Source: Octopus sinensis
Taxonomy: Eukaryota
Length of the DNA: 64,000 nucleotides
Reading direction: 5' to 3'
Assembly (NCBI RefSeq): GCF_006345805.1
Contig: NC_043000.1
Location: 34,658,001-34,722,000, forward strand
The translations under genes were made by a program, and so were the position numbers. Position 1 is the stretch's first letter, and every line of letters begins with the position of its first letter. Positions 13,170 to 25,820 of the stretch are shown in pieces. The notes beneath the pieces are model-generated. The model was not told where the DNA came from and ran no database searches. It saw only the letters and a list, made by a program, of their open reading frames with translations.

Positions 13170-13690
13170 GAGTCCCCTCCCCACACCTATTGCATGAGAA
13201 TATTCAGTTGTTCCTCACAACAGCCCATTATTGGGAAGACAAACCGAGGAATGGCAAAGAATATCAGAGACAACACAACAAAGCCACATGTTGAAATACC
13301 TCAACAAAATACTTCACCATCTTTGTTTCAGTTCTTGCAGTCAATGGGTTAGCAATGCAATGCCACCATGCCTCCCTGCACCTGAACCTTCTTTGATCTT
13401 AGCAGGTGCCCTCAATTTTGATAAATTTGACCTGACTATTTCTTTGTTTCCTTGGTTGCTATCATGGACCCCTTCCGCTCAACAACAAATCCACTTGTTT
13501 CACTCACGGTACCACCCTCACACAATCAACACACCATATTCACAGGGTTTCTCTCCATATGGAACGCATCCACAAAAGTCACACACCATGTTTATATTCT
13601 CACGCACATATATTATGTACAGACGGAATTTTGTTAAGACGAGGAAATGCGTTGTTGCTCACAGGTTTTATGAACTTATTCCGTAATAAC
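13170..13690 (+). mobile_element. Penelope-like element remnant (GIY-YIG region plus 3' pLTR)
   Basis: TYCMRIFSCSSQQPIIGKTNRGMAKNIRDN resembles the GIY-YIG ...YIG.T.R.L..RIREH motif; later LTISLFPW; decayed hammerhead-like motif at 13618-13657. Confidence 0.5.
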
Positions 13691-13812
13691 AATAATAATA
13701 ATAATGATAATAATAATATTAATAATAGTGATGATGATGATGATGATGATAATAATAATGATAATAATACAATGAGGAAACTCTTGATATATTTCTCAAA
13801 TCATGAATAATA

Positions 13813-13859
<47 letters not shown>

Positions 13860-14254
13860 TAATAATAATAATAATAATAACAACAGCAGTAGTAGTAAGA
13901 ATAAAAAGTTTCTATTTTGGGACATTTGACTAGACAGCATAACTTGAAATAAAAATTAACAAAACAACACAAAAAGCAAAAAATCCTAAAAATATTAAAA
14001 TCAGTCGGGTATAAATTTAATTTTCATCGGCAACTTCTAAAATAGACTGGAAACTTTGGCGAGAATGTCTGCAACTGGTCTGAAATTAACTGATGACCGC
14101 TTTGCTGAACAGACCGTGACATAAGCTATCAGCCAATAGTTTGGCTATTGATTCTACTTGAGACTTCTCTTTTTAGATTAGTGCTGGATTAGTATCACAG
14201 AATATTGAATTCACTCCCCCTCCTCCCCTTTGTTTTATCTACATAGGAGTGGGG

Positions 14255-14870
14255 TGAGGTGGAGTGGATGGTGGTAGTGGTGGTGGCGGCGGTGGTGGCA
14301 GGCTTCAGAAAACAACAGCAGCAGCAGCGGCAACAACAACAGCAACAATGAATAATGATAAAAGAGATAATACTGACAGCACTATCGACAATAACAATGG
14401 AAACAACATTATCAAGCACCACCATAACAACAACAACAAATATAATGACAAAAACAACAATAACCGCAGCACCGAGGCCAGATAACAGAGATAATGATGA
14501 CAACAACGTTAACAAAAACAATGATGACAACAACACAAAATGATAAAAACAATAAAAAAAGATAACTGCAGGCAAAGAAGGGGGAACTGAGAGAAGAGGA
14601 ACAACAACAAAAAGGATTATGTTGACAATGATAACGCCTACAACAATAAGAACCCCAGCAATGATAACAATGAGGAAGAAGAGGAGGGTATAATATTGAA
14701 AATAATAATGATGGTGATGATAATGATGATGTTGGTGATGATGATAATGTCGATGATGATGATGATGATGACTAATAATGTTGGTGATGATGATGGTGGT
14801 GCTGATGTTGATAATGATAACTGATAGTGCTGAAGGTGAGAGTATTGGTGATGATGATGATGATGATGCC
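14255..14870. repeat. Mosaic trinucleotide low-complexity tract (GGT/CAG/AAC/AAT/GAT)
   Basis: Continuous triplet-periodic sequence; it produces the 253-aa minus-strand shadow ORF. Confidence 0.85.
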
Positions 14871-15172
14871 AATGTCAAAGATAAACAAGCAACAAGTAGC
14901 GTAGGATCAGGCATGTTTCCATGTTGTTCCTCACAGAACAGACCTTCTCCATGCACAACGATAATGGCTGTCTGGTTATAAGGACAACAATGGCACTCGT
15001 CACCACTTTCCTGTCAAATGTCCAATCAACTATGTTCTCAGGTAAAGTAGAACCTCTTGGCAACGCAAGAGACATGACATTGCTCTGCCATATTGTAGCA
15101 CCAAAGGATGGATGTTTGTATCACTTCACAATAAATGCACAATGAAACCATTGGACAATAAACTTTGTTCAC

Positions 15173-15766
15173 GAAGACCTGTTGAGGCAAGTGAAATCAA
15201 AAATCGCTGATGTGGCTGATGACAGTACCTCCTGATGAACACTCATGCCAGTGGAACGTACAAAGCACCATCTGAGTGTGATCGTTGCCAGGGTTGCCTT
15301 ACTGGCATATATGCCAGTGGCATATTAAAAGCACCATCTGAGCATGACCATTGCCAGGGCCACTGACTGGCTCCCAAGCCGGTGGCACGTAAAAGGCACC
15401 ATTCAAGCGCTATTGTTGCCAGCATCGCCTTACTGGCATATATGCTAGTGGCACATGAAAAATAACATTTGAATGTGGTCATTGCCAGTGCTGTCGGACT
15501 GGCTCCCGTGCAGGTGGCATGTAAAAAAACACCTTTTGTGCGTGGTCGTTGCCAGTACTGCTTGACTGGCTCTTGTGCCGGTGGCACGTAAAAGCACCCA
15601 CTACACTCTTGGAATGGTTGGCATTAGGAAGGGCATCCAGCTGTAGAAACTTTGCCAGGTCAGATTGGAGCCTGGTGCAGCCTTCTGGCTTGCCAGACCT
15701 CAATCAAACTGTCTAACCCATGCTAGCATGGAAAACAGATGTTAAATGATGATGATGATGATGATG
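15173..15766 (+). mobile_element. RTE 3' end with six ~65-bp repeats
   Basis: Six units, then the canonical tail and (GAT)n. Confidence 0.9.
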
Positions 15767-15841
15767 ACACACATGCACACACACTATTTACATACTTACA
15801 TATGTACATATGTATGTATATTGATTGTATGGGTTGGATGT

Positions 15842-15886
15842 GATGCTGATGAAAGGGCAATTGCTCTTGAAATATGCATATACATC
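15842..15886 (+). ncRNA. Minimal type-I hammerhead ribozyme motif, structurally intact
   Basis: gatg|CTGATGA|aagggc-aatt-gctctt|GAA|atatgcatat (perfect palindrome)|A|catc. Stems I, II and III all pair; predicted cleavage after AUA at 15882. Confidence 0.75.
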
Positions 15887-17464
15887 CATTACTTATTTTT
15901 TCTACTTTCGATTGCCTTTTTTTTATATGAACCTATTTGTTTACAATGTGTCGTAACTTGTTGGCTCCGAATTCAATAGGAAATCTATAGAGATAAACTT
16001 AAAAGCGGATATATAAATACGTGCACACACACACATATACAAAAATATATATAGCATGATCATCATTTATTGTTTGTTTCCATGCTAGCATGGACTGGAC
16101 AGTCTGACCAGAACTGGCAAGCTGAAGAGCTGCAAGAGACTCCAGTCATCTGTTTTGGCAGGGTTTCTACGGCTGGATGCCCTTGCTAATGTTAACCCTT
16201 TACTGAGTGTACTTGGTGCTTTTCATGTGGGACAGGTACAGGTACTTATTCATGACACAAGCACCAGCGGGGTCGCCAAGTAACTTGCAAGACAAAGACC
16301 CCTTAGTTAAGAGAAGGAGTGGAACTGAGGTTGTGTGATTGTGTGGCAGGCAAGAGGTTAGAATACAATGGGGGGACAGAGAGAGTTATTTTACTATAGA
16401 GGAGATACTTGGTCAACCCCCCTCCACCAATGGACAAGGAAAAAGGAAGGTGGGAGAGAGTTGGGGGGAAATATAGTGAGACAGTCAGAGAGAGATGGTG
16501 GTCGAGATGTATTGAGATCTACCCACTGGGAACAGTGTAGTGGGGTATAAGTAGTACAGAGGGGATAGAGAAGGAGGTTCCATGAGAGTGTGAGGGGACA
16601 TGTTTATGAATGGGGAAGACATGACTGTAGTAAGTGATGGTGAGGGAAATTGGAGAGGCTGAGAAGGGGACAGGGAAGATATGTGAGGGTATGGGGCACA
16701 AAGAGAAGATATATGAGGGCATGGGGTATGAAGCAGTGGGGGAAGATATGTAAGGGTATGGGGTGTGGAGAGGGGAAGATATGAGAGTGGTCATAAAAAA
16801 AATCTGCCTCAACAAGTTTTGTTTGATTATGCAAGCAAGGCATAGTAGATGATGAAACATTAATGATGATGATGGTGATATCAACATCATCATCACTATA
16901 TATATTAAGAGGTTTCATTACAGTTGGTTCCAATATAGGATTTTATGGAATGAGATAAGAGCCGTAATGTGGCTTCTTAATTAAAAAATAAAAATTATAC
17001 ATTTGTAATTTGATTGAGTTTGAAAATGTGTGTTTGTTTTACCCCCCTCCCATTAACAAGGACAATATATCATCATCATCATCATTTTTAAACGTCCACT
17101 TTTCCATGCTTGCATGGATCAGACAGAGTTTATTGAAGCAGAGTTTCCATGGTTGGATGCTCTTCCTGTCGCCAACCTTTACCTATTTCCAAGAAGGAAA
17201 TATTTCTCCATGGATGGACATGTTGTTGCAGGATATTGGAAGTAAATGACATTCATTTACAACAATCGTGCAACATCAAGACAAAGCCTCCTACTCCGTC
17301 ATCATCATTGTCATCGTCATTTAACGTCCACTTTCCATGCTGGCATGGGTTGGACGGTTTGACTGAGGTCTGGAGAGTCAGGAGGCTGCACCTGGCTCCA
17401 ATCTGATCTGGCAGTGTTTCTTTAGCTGGATGCCCTTCCTAACGCCAACCACTCCGGGAGTGTA

Positions 17465-17811
17465 TTGAAGAATTTTTAATCAAACGAACTGACCCCCTGT
17501 ACTTATTTTCTTGTCTTAAGCCTAGTACTTATTCTGTTGGTCTCTTTTGCCAAACTGCTAAGTTATGGGGACATAAACACACCAACGCCTGTTGTCAAGC
17601 GGTGGTGGGGAACAAACACAGACAATAAAGACACACATACATATATATGAAGGGCCTCTTTCAGTTTTGGTCTACCAAAGCCACTTGGAAGGCTTTGGCC
17701 ATTCTGGGACTATAGTAGACGACACTTGTTCAAGGTGCCACACAGTGTGACTGAGCCTGGGACCATGTGGCTGGGAAGCAAGCCTCTTACCACACAGTCA
17801 CGCCCGTGCCT
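17465..17811 (-). mobile_element. tRNA-headed CORE-type SINE, full length
   Basis: The minus strand has a head (ctgtgtggtaagaggcttgcttccc...), a CORE-like caccttgaacaagtgtc, and the family tail ...cataacttagcagtttggcaaaagagacc. Confidence 0.8.
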
Positions 17812-18469
17812 GTTGAAATATTTATTTATTTATTTTTAGTAGACTGTCATTGAATTGTATGAAACTATGTGAATCAAAGAGCATCTTGTTTCCAGAGATT
17901 TTAAAGGAAGTTTTGAAGCCTTGGAGTTTAAGGGGGTAAATAGCAGTCCTTTCCTCAATCATTATTTACATTCTGTAATGTACAACATTAACGATAATTA
18001 TTAATTATCAGACTTATAAGTAAATATTGCAAAAAATTACAAAAACATAGCATCATTATGCTTTTCCTTTTTTTTTTTCTTACAAAATTGGTTTTTATGA
18101 AGTTCTTTTTTAAATTCATAATTTCAATCTTTTAGTTTCTTTTGTGTGAGCAAACTTCTGCCCACTGGATCCTTGTTAAACTGTCCAACCCATTCCAGCA
18201 TGGAAGTTGGATTTTAACAACACATCAGTATAGAATGCAATATTAGTATATTGATATGCTTTCTAAGCAAGTTTTAATAAAACACCGAGTATCCCTAAGC
18301 AATCTTTGGACTCTGAGCACATAGACTGTACATTTTATGGAAAGAGAGAGCGAGATGGAGGAGGTAATGAAAAATATAGAAGTATTTATGAATATCTACA
18401 TATGTATGTATGTTTGTTTCAATTGGTTGGAATTGTTTCCTCATCACTTTATGCAGTGAATTTTGAACA

Positions 18470-18715
18470 CAAAGAGGTCCTCTTACACACTTGATATTGT
18501 TGTACTTGAGAAAGGTGGCAGCAGCACAACTGAAAGAAATGATAACTTTCAACCAGATGCATGGAAGAGAGAAGGCTGCCCACACATATTCTAGGGGAAG
18601 CTGACCAGAGGGAAAAGGCCTCCGTATAAACCTAGAAAGTGGTTTAAAGATGCCATAAAAGGGAACCTGAAAGCTTAGGAGATTGATCTGGATATCTGCG
18701 AGACATTGGTTGAAT
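18470..18715 (+). mobile_element. RTE/BovB-like ORF C-terminal remnant
   Basis: Frameshifted RLPTHI..G.LTRGKRPPYKPRKWFKDAIKGNLKA resembles the RTE RLPK.LLYGEL..GKR..GRP.KR.KD motif. Confidence 0.5.
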
Positions 18716-18944
18716 ATTGTTCATCAAGGAAGGAAATGTTATCTCAGAGCACCATATCTGTACTTGAGTTCAAATTGTGCAAAGGTCTACTTTGCCTTTT
18801 GTCTTTTGAAGGTCAGTGAAATAAGTACCAGTCAAGTACTGGGGTCAACGAAATCAAATAGGCCCTTCCCACCAAATTTCCTGCCTTCTTCCTACAGGAG
18901 AAAAGATCATTATTATCATTATTATCATTATTATTATAATTATA

Positions 18945-19339
18945 GACATTGCACAGTATACAATACCATGAGGTTACTGATTAAAGATATTGTGTTTACC
19001 GGGGGTTTGTACTGTTTGTCAAATCACAACAAGGACCTCAAACAGACAGTATTTTATGCAATATGCGTGCAGTTCCAAGTAACACTGACTTTTGCAATAC
19101 ATCTAGATTGTAGGGTATCTCTAAGGTTTTCAGACACTTTTTCAGCTTGGGTGGTACTGAACCCAATGCTCCGATGACAATAGGGACAACCTTTATGTTA
19201 GACTCTCGTAGCTACCACATCTTAGCAATCTCAATTCTCAGGTCTCCATATTTATCAACATTTTCTCTCTCTTTCATGATGATATGTTGATCTCCTGGCA
19301 CTGCTATGTCGATTATTAGACACTCTTGTTTATCCCTCC

Positions 19340-19340
<1 letters not shown>
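18945..19340 (-). mobile_element. R4/Dong-clade non-LTR retrotransposon 3' end (restriction-like endonuclease)
   Basis: CLIIDIAVPGDQHIIMKERENVDKYGDLRIEIAKMW*LRESNIKVVPIVIGALGSVPPKLKKCLKTLEIPYNLDVLQKSVLLGTARILHKILSV* (stop 19038-19040); (AAT)n on both sides. Confidence 0.85.
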
Positions 19341-19378
<38 letters not shown>

Positions 19379-19576
19379 GGCAGCAAACTGGCAGAATTGT
19401 TAGCATTCCAACCAAAATGCTGAGCAACATTTCTTCCCACTTTACATTCTGAATTCAAATGTTGCTGACGTTGACTTTCACAGTTCCTGGTTCAAAAAAA
19501 TAAGTACCAGTTGCGTACTGCGGTTGAAACTATCTACAAACTCTCTTCCCCACAATTTCAGGTCAAGTGCCTTTCA

Positions 19577-20100
19577 TTATCATCATCATTGTTTAACGTC
19601 CGTTTTCCATGCTAGCACGGGTTGGATGGTTTGACTGGGGTCTGGGAAGCCAGGAGGCTGCATCAGGCTCCAGTCTGATCTGGCAGTGTTTCTACAGCTG
19701 GATGCCCTTCCTAATGCCAATGAGAGTGTAGTGGGTGCTTTTTTATGTGTCACTAGCACAGGGGCCAGAAGGGGCTGGCATCGACCACGATTGGATGGTG
19801 CTTATTACATGCCACCAGCATGGAGGCCAGTCAAGGAAGCATCGGCCATGTTCGGATGGTGCTTTTTATGCGCCACTAGCATGAGGATCACAACTACAAT
19901 TTTCATTTGATTTTCATTTTGATGTTGATGTACTTGACTCAATAGGTCTCAAGCACAGCATGTCGCCCTATGATCCAAGGTACTTTTGAGCAGGCTGGAT
20001 ATGCAACACTGGTGTAGGTTACAGCTGTGAAGTCACTTTATTTGCCGGGTCTTCTCAGTCACAGCATATCTCCAGAGGTCTTGGTCTTATGCCATTGCCT
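19577..20100 (-). mobile_element. RTE 3' end including ORF terminus
   Basis: Minus strand gaggcaatggcataagaccaagacctctggagatatgctgtg matches the ORF end at about 62260; it runs into the canonical tail. Confidence 0.8.
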
Positions 20101-20489
20101 TTATAAGAAAGAATTTCAAGGCCACATGCTGGCTGAATTAATATGCCAGACAATATGCTTAGTAGCATTTCTTTTGACTCTTTATATACTGAGTTCAAAT
20201 TCTGATGAAATCAACTTTGTTCTTCATTGATTAAATACCAGTTGCGCTTTCTAGAGGTCAGTGCAATTGATGAGCTCCATCATCATCATCATTTAACATC
20301 CGTTGTCCATGCTGGCATGGATTCGACGTTTTGACCAGGGCTGGTAAGCTGGAAGGCTGCACCACACCCCAGTCTTGATTTGGTATGGTTTTCTACAGCA
20401 GGATGCCCTTCCTAACACCAACCACTCCATGAGTGTAATGGGTCAAAATTTCAGGCCTCATGCCCATAGTAGAAAAGATTATTATTATT

Positions 20490-20723
20490 GAAGATGGCAA
20501 ACTGAAAGAATTCTTTAGCACACCGGGCAAAATGCTAAGCGGCATTTTGTCCATCTTTGCATTCTGAGTTCCAATTTTGCCGAGATTGACTTAGCCTTTC
20601 ATCTTTTTGGGGTTGATAAATTAAGTGCCAGTGAAACACTGGGGTCAATGTAACTGACTAGTCCCCTCCCCACAAATTTCAGGCCTTGTACTTATAGTAG
20701 AAACAATTATTATTATTATTATT
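20490..20723 (+). mobile_element. tRNA-headed SINE with Meta-like central domain and (ATT)n tail
   Basis: ttagcctttcatctttttggggttgataaattaagtgccag central motif; tail aggccttgtacttatagtagaaacaattattatt. Confidence 0.75.
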
Positions 20724-21336
20724 ATAGAGGGCCATGGCCTAATGGTGAGGTTGTTGCACTCATGATTGTGAGATCATGGTTTCAATTCCTAGACCAGGTG
20801 GTGCATTGGGCTCTTGAGCAAAACACTTCATTTCACCTGATGTGTAGTACATCATGCACCTGTTCCGACAAATTTTGATCTGATGGAGAGTTTGATCACT
20901 ATAAACAAATCATTTGTACATGCCTTTCAGCAAAAGCTAAATACTCTTACATCCTCTTCGACAGGATAGTCCATCATCATCATTATTATTAAAGTTTTGA
21001 ATTGTTTAAAGTGGGAGAGCCCTAGGCTAAATATCTGACTGTCTCTCTATTCTCAATTGAGATCAGAGTGTGGTTGACTTTGTCCTTCATCTCTGTGTGG
21101 CCAATAAATCAGTCACATTGTGTGTGTGGGGGTTTCTATTGATTATATCACCCCCACCTTCTACCTATAAATTTGTGCCTTGGTAACAAATACTCACCCC
21201 CCCCCCTCCACCACTGTCACTGCACACACCCCACCATCACCACTATTATCACTAAGGTCATCATCTCACAACACCGAAACACACAAGACAAAGATACACA
21301 AAATACATACATAGACAATCTAATGAGTGTGCATGC

Positions 21337-21391
<55 letters not shown>

Positions 21392-22299
21392 CGCACACAC
21401 ACACACACACATTTACATACATATATACACACACATTTGTATGTATATGCACACATTAATACATGTACACACAGAATATTCACACATACATTAATGTATG
21501 TACACACACAAGACATAACATTAAAACATGTACGAACACAAAAAGCACACACATACATATATTAATACATGTATACACACACACACATTTTATGATATAT
21601 ATATATATATATGCCCCTACACACACACATATACTGATACATGCACACACTCACACATACACACACACAAACAGCTACAACAAAGAGATTCTATTTTAGG
21701 CAAACATTCAGAGTCAGCCAAAAATGGTGAGAGAGAGAGAAAAATAAACAAAAACAACAACAATAACAAAACAAAAACAAACACATAAATATTACCAAAA
21801 ATAAAATTTTCTTCACTAACATTTTTCCAGGTAATTTTGTATTTTCTTTCTATTTTTCATTTATTTATTTATTTATTGCTTTACATCTTTTATTTCTGAA
21901 GCCACCCCCTACCCCACCCTCCACTCCCTCCAGCCACACCCCTAACCTTGTTACTGGACAACAATGCTACTTTGATACAATGGTCCTCTATTGTTGTTGT
22001 TGCTGTTGTTGTTGTTGTTGTTGTTATTGCTGCTGCACTGATAAACCAGGAACTTTATAGTCTGCCACAAGAATAAAATCAATACTTATGTCCAACTTAC
22101 AGAATAAGTATTAAACACTACGTTTGTTTTATTACTTGTTTTTGTTGTTGTGCCGCCGCTCCCCCACTCCACCCCACCCCACCTCCTCCTTTTATTAAGA
22201 GGTGCGATGCCAACAATAGAATTATCTGCACATATTTTGTCAGATGTTTTCACTTACATGGAAAAAAAAAATATCTTCATTGAAGAGATCCTAATCATG

Positions 22300-22900
22300 A
22301 GAAGTCTATTAGGGAACAACTTTAGGCATTTTCCTCCAAGAACTATCTTCCTCGAGATCTCATTACAACACCCTGCTTCATCTTTGCTTCACTTTTCCAT
22401 TGCTAGTTACACCATTCCAAAGGTATTCTCTCTGCTCTGTGTTCCACTCCAACACATTCTGCTTCATCCCTCACCTCCCCCCACCACTGATAGTACCATA
22501 GTTATTACATTCATCTAAACAACATGTTCTCTCCACTTGGCTCTATCTTCTCCCTGCTTCTTACACTGATAATACCATGACCTTTACTGTATTCTCGGCT
22601 CCTATCTCTTCCACACTGGATATGTTCTTTATTTATTTTGCAACTCCTACCGCAACTTTTCTACTCTTCCTCACGACCCTACATCTTCCTCCCTCCCTAC
22701 CTATCTACCCACACAAACTTGGGCTCATTGCTGACTTACAACTTCTGCTCACTCCTCTACAGGCATCACTCTTCATTCATATCTGTTGATGCTACAAATC
22801 ATAACAAGAAGGCTGTGCCATCAATACACTGGCATATGGGCCTCATGCTCAAATATCCTGCTACTATTACAGCTACTACTCCAATGTTTTGTTAAGGTTA
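22300..22900 (+). mobile_element. Possible Penelope-like ORF remnant (post-RT linker)
   Basis: Frameshifted FFLQR.YPRDLITT and IVITFH.NN-like segments resemble the PLE RT-to-endonuclease linker; very degenerate. Confidence 0.35.
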
Positions 22901-23013
22901 TTTCCACAGATATTCCATAGAAATCACAGCCAGCACTAAATTCTGCTACATTGCGTATGAAGACATCAGATATAAACAGACAATGTGATCAAAGACAAAA
23001 GTGGATAATGAGT

Positions 23014-23055
23014 GTATATACCATATTTCGGGGGTTGTTGCCCTGTCATCAGTAC
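23014..23055 (-). ncRNA. Decayed minimal hammerhead motif
   Basis: Minus strand gta|CTGATGA|caggg-caacaa-ccccc|GAA|atatggt|A|tatac; the base of stem II is mismatched. Confidence 0.4.
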
Positions 23056-23181
23056 CCTTCTAACCCATTCTCATCTCTGAACATATTGCTTATATAGCCA
23101 CCTCATACAGCGGTGTTAAGTTACTGGATATACCATTTTACGTATTAGATGCATTTCTGGAGCTGGTATGTAAACATTAAA

Positions 23182-23253
23182 GATTTGTAGGTACGTGGTA
23201 CTTTGTTATGCAAACATATGTTTACATAATGAAGTATTACGTACCTACAAATC
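23182..23253. repeat. Short hairpin/inverted repeat
   Basis: gatttgtaggtacgt...acgtacctacaaatc, with inner arms also complementary. Confidence 0.8.
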
Positions 23254-24320
23254 ATTAACTACTCCATTGATCTAACCAACTGAACTACAGCAGGTTTTTA
23301 TTCACTCAATGGTTGTTTGTTGGGGCTGCACAGTGACTTCACCATGACTGCAAAGGAAGTAGAATGAGCATTGTCGTAGGTAAAGCCAGTGAACAGACAT
23401 TAAAGTAAAAAGATGGATTGATAGACAGGTGTGCAAGTAGCTGACGTGTGGGTTGCTGAATAGACAGACCGAGGGAGGTGCAGAAGGACAAATAGATATG
23501 AGGACGGGGAGATGTATGGATAGAAAATTATCATCACCATCGTTTTAATGTTCATTTTTCCATTCTTTTATCCTTTTGTTTCAGTCATTTGACTGCAGCC
23601 ATGCTGGAGCACCGCCTTTAATTGAGCAAATTGATTCCAAGGCTTATTCTTTGTAAGCCTAGTACTTATTCTACTGGTTCTTTTTCACTGAACCGCTAAG
23701 TTACGGGGACGTAAACACACCAGCATCGGTTGTCAAGAGATGTTGGGGGGACAAACTTAGACACACAAGCATATACACACACATGTACACACACACATAT
23801 ATATACGACTGGCTACTTTGAGTTTCCCGCTATCAAATCCACACAGCCACTGCTGCGCCTATGTTCACTTTCCCATTCTTGCATGGGTTGCTGGAGTTTA
23901 TAGAGGCAGATATTTTTTACAACTGGATACCATTCCCTGATGTGTTTCCAAGCGAGGTAATATTTCATCATGGCCAGACATGTCCTCACAGAATGACAGT
24001 GCTTGTATGACAGTGACAATCATTTACAAATATTATTATTTGATGTTAAAACAAAGACACACAAACATATATGTGTGTGCGTGTGTATGTGTGTGTGTGC
24101 ATGTGGAATGAGCTTTTTCAGTTTTTGTCAACCTAATCCACTCACAAGACTTTGGTAGACCTGGGGTTGTAGAAGAAGAAACTTGCCCAAGATGTGACAC
24201 AGTGATATTTAATGCAGAAACATGTAATTGGGAAGCAAGTTTCTTACCACACAATAACCATACCTGTGACCATTGACACATATATATACATACATATGTA
24301 TGTGTATGTATGTCTGTATG

Positions 24321-24369
<49 letters not shown>

Positions 24370-24412
24370 TATATATATACATACATATCATATATACATA
24401 TATATATTCCTA

Positions 24413-24452
<40 letters not shown>

Positions 24453-24722
24453 TAGGAAGGGCATCCAGCCATAGAAAACGATGCCAAACCAGGCTGGTGT
24501 CTGGTGCAGCCTTCCAGTATGCTAGCCATCCAACCCATGATAGCATGGACAACAGATGTTAAGTGATGATAATGATGATGATGACATATATACACAGGGA
24601 GACGGACAGATAGATGGCTAGGTAGATGATGAATGAATAGGGACAGATGAAACGGTAGGGTACAAATAGGCAGGTAAGTTAGTATGTAGATTGAGATTTA
24701 TGAAGCTTAAACACACACGCAT

Positions 24723-24766
<44 letters not shown>

Positions 24767-25820
24767 ACCTGTGCACATAAAGATAAAAGGAGGAGGGGAG
24801 AAGGAATAGAGACATTGATACACAGAGACAGATGAAGAGTAAACAAGACACACAGACAGACATAAACTGAAAGACTGAAAGGTAAACAGAAATATAAATA
24901 AAAAGACAATAAAGACAATAAATAAGGTAGATGTGTGTGTGTGTATGTGTGTGTGTGTGTGTATTGAGAGGGAGAGATTCAGAAATAAAGACAAAGTAGA
25001 ATGAATATGGGAGGCGGGGATACGTAAGCAGTGGAGAATGCACTAAAGAAATGTATAGCAATGAGAGAGAGAGAGAGAGAGCAATTATTTGCAAGAGGTT
25101 TCATAAAGAAATGTTTGTGCAATAGACAAACGACATAATGGTTACAATTGATGGAGCTGAAGTAACAACGACCTGGAAATAAACAAACGAGCTTCAAGTC
25201 TGCAGCATACAGCATTCATCTTGAATTTCTTCCCCCCAATTATGAAATTGCCAATCAGTTTTAATTACAAGCTTCTCGTTGATGAGTTACTCCAATCTAA
25301 ACAATGGCATTTTTTATAAAAAGACCAAAGTCCCAAAAGTTGTTCGCTTTATTTAAGGATACAGACAGTTTATCAATATAGAACAGCTGATGTTTTTTAT
25401 ATATCTCAGAATGATTGATTTGACATCGGAATAAACGTTTCTTTTAAGAACCCATCCAGCTAATGTACAGGAATGTTTATAAGCATAGAAGGCAGACGTT
25501 AAATGATGATGATGATATCTCATGTGATCATGTGACTGATTAGACTATCAAATGTCGTTACACATTGCTGGTCACAATGCACTTTCCATCATTTTAGCCT
25601 TCAAAAGACACCACCACACTGGCTAGGTGAGTAGGTCAACATTCCCCACTGATCAAAAGGGGGACTAGAGTTACATGAAATGAAGTGTTTTGCTCAAGAA
25701 CACAACATGTCACCTGGTCTGGGAATTGAACCTATGGTTTAGCAATTGTGAGTGTAACATCCTAACCACTAGGCCACTATATATATATAGAATATATAGA
25801 CTCACACACACACACACATA

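Noticed and set aside
16612-16790. Purine-rich degenerate ~33-bp repeats producing 109-125 aa minus-strand ORFs
   Set aside because: Low-complexity minisatellite; the ORFs reflect base composition only.
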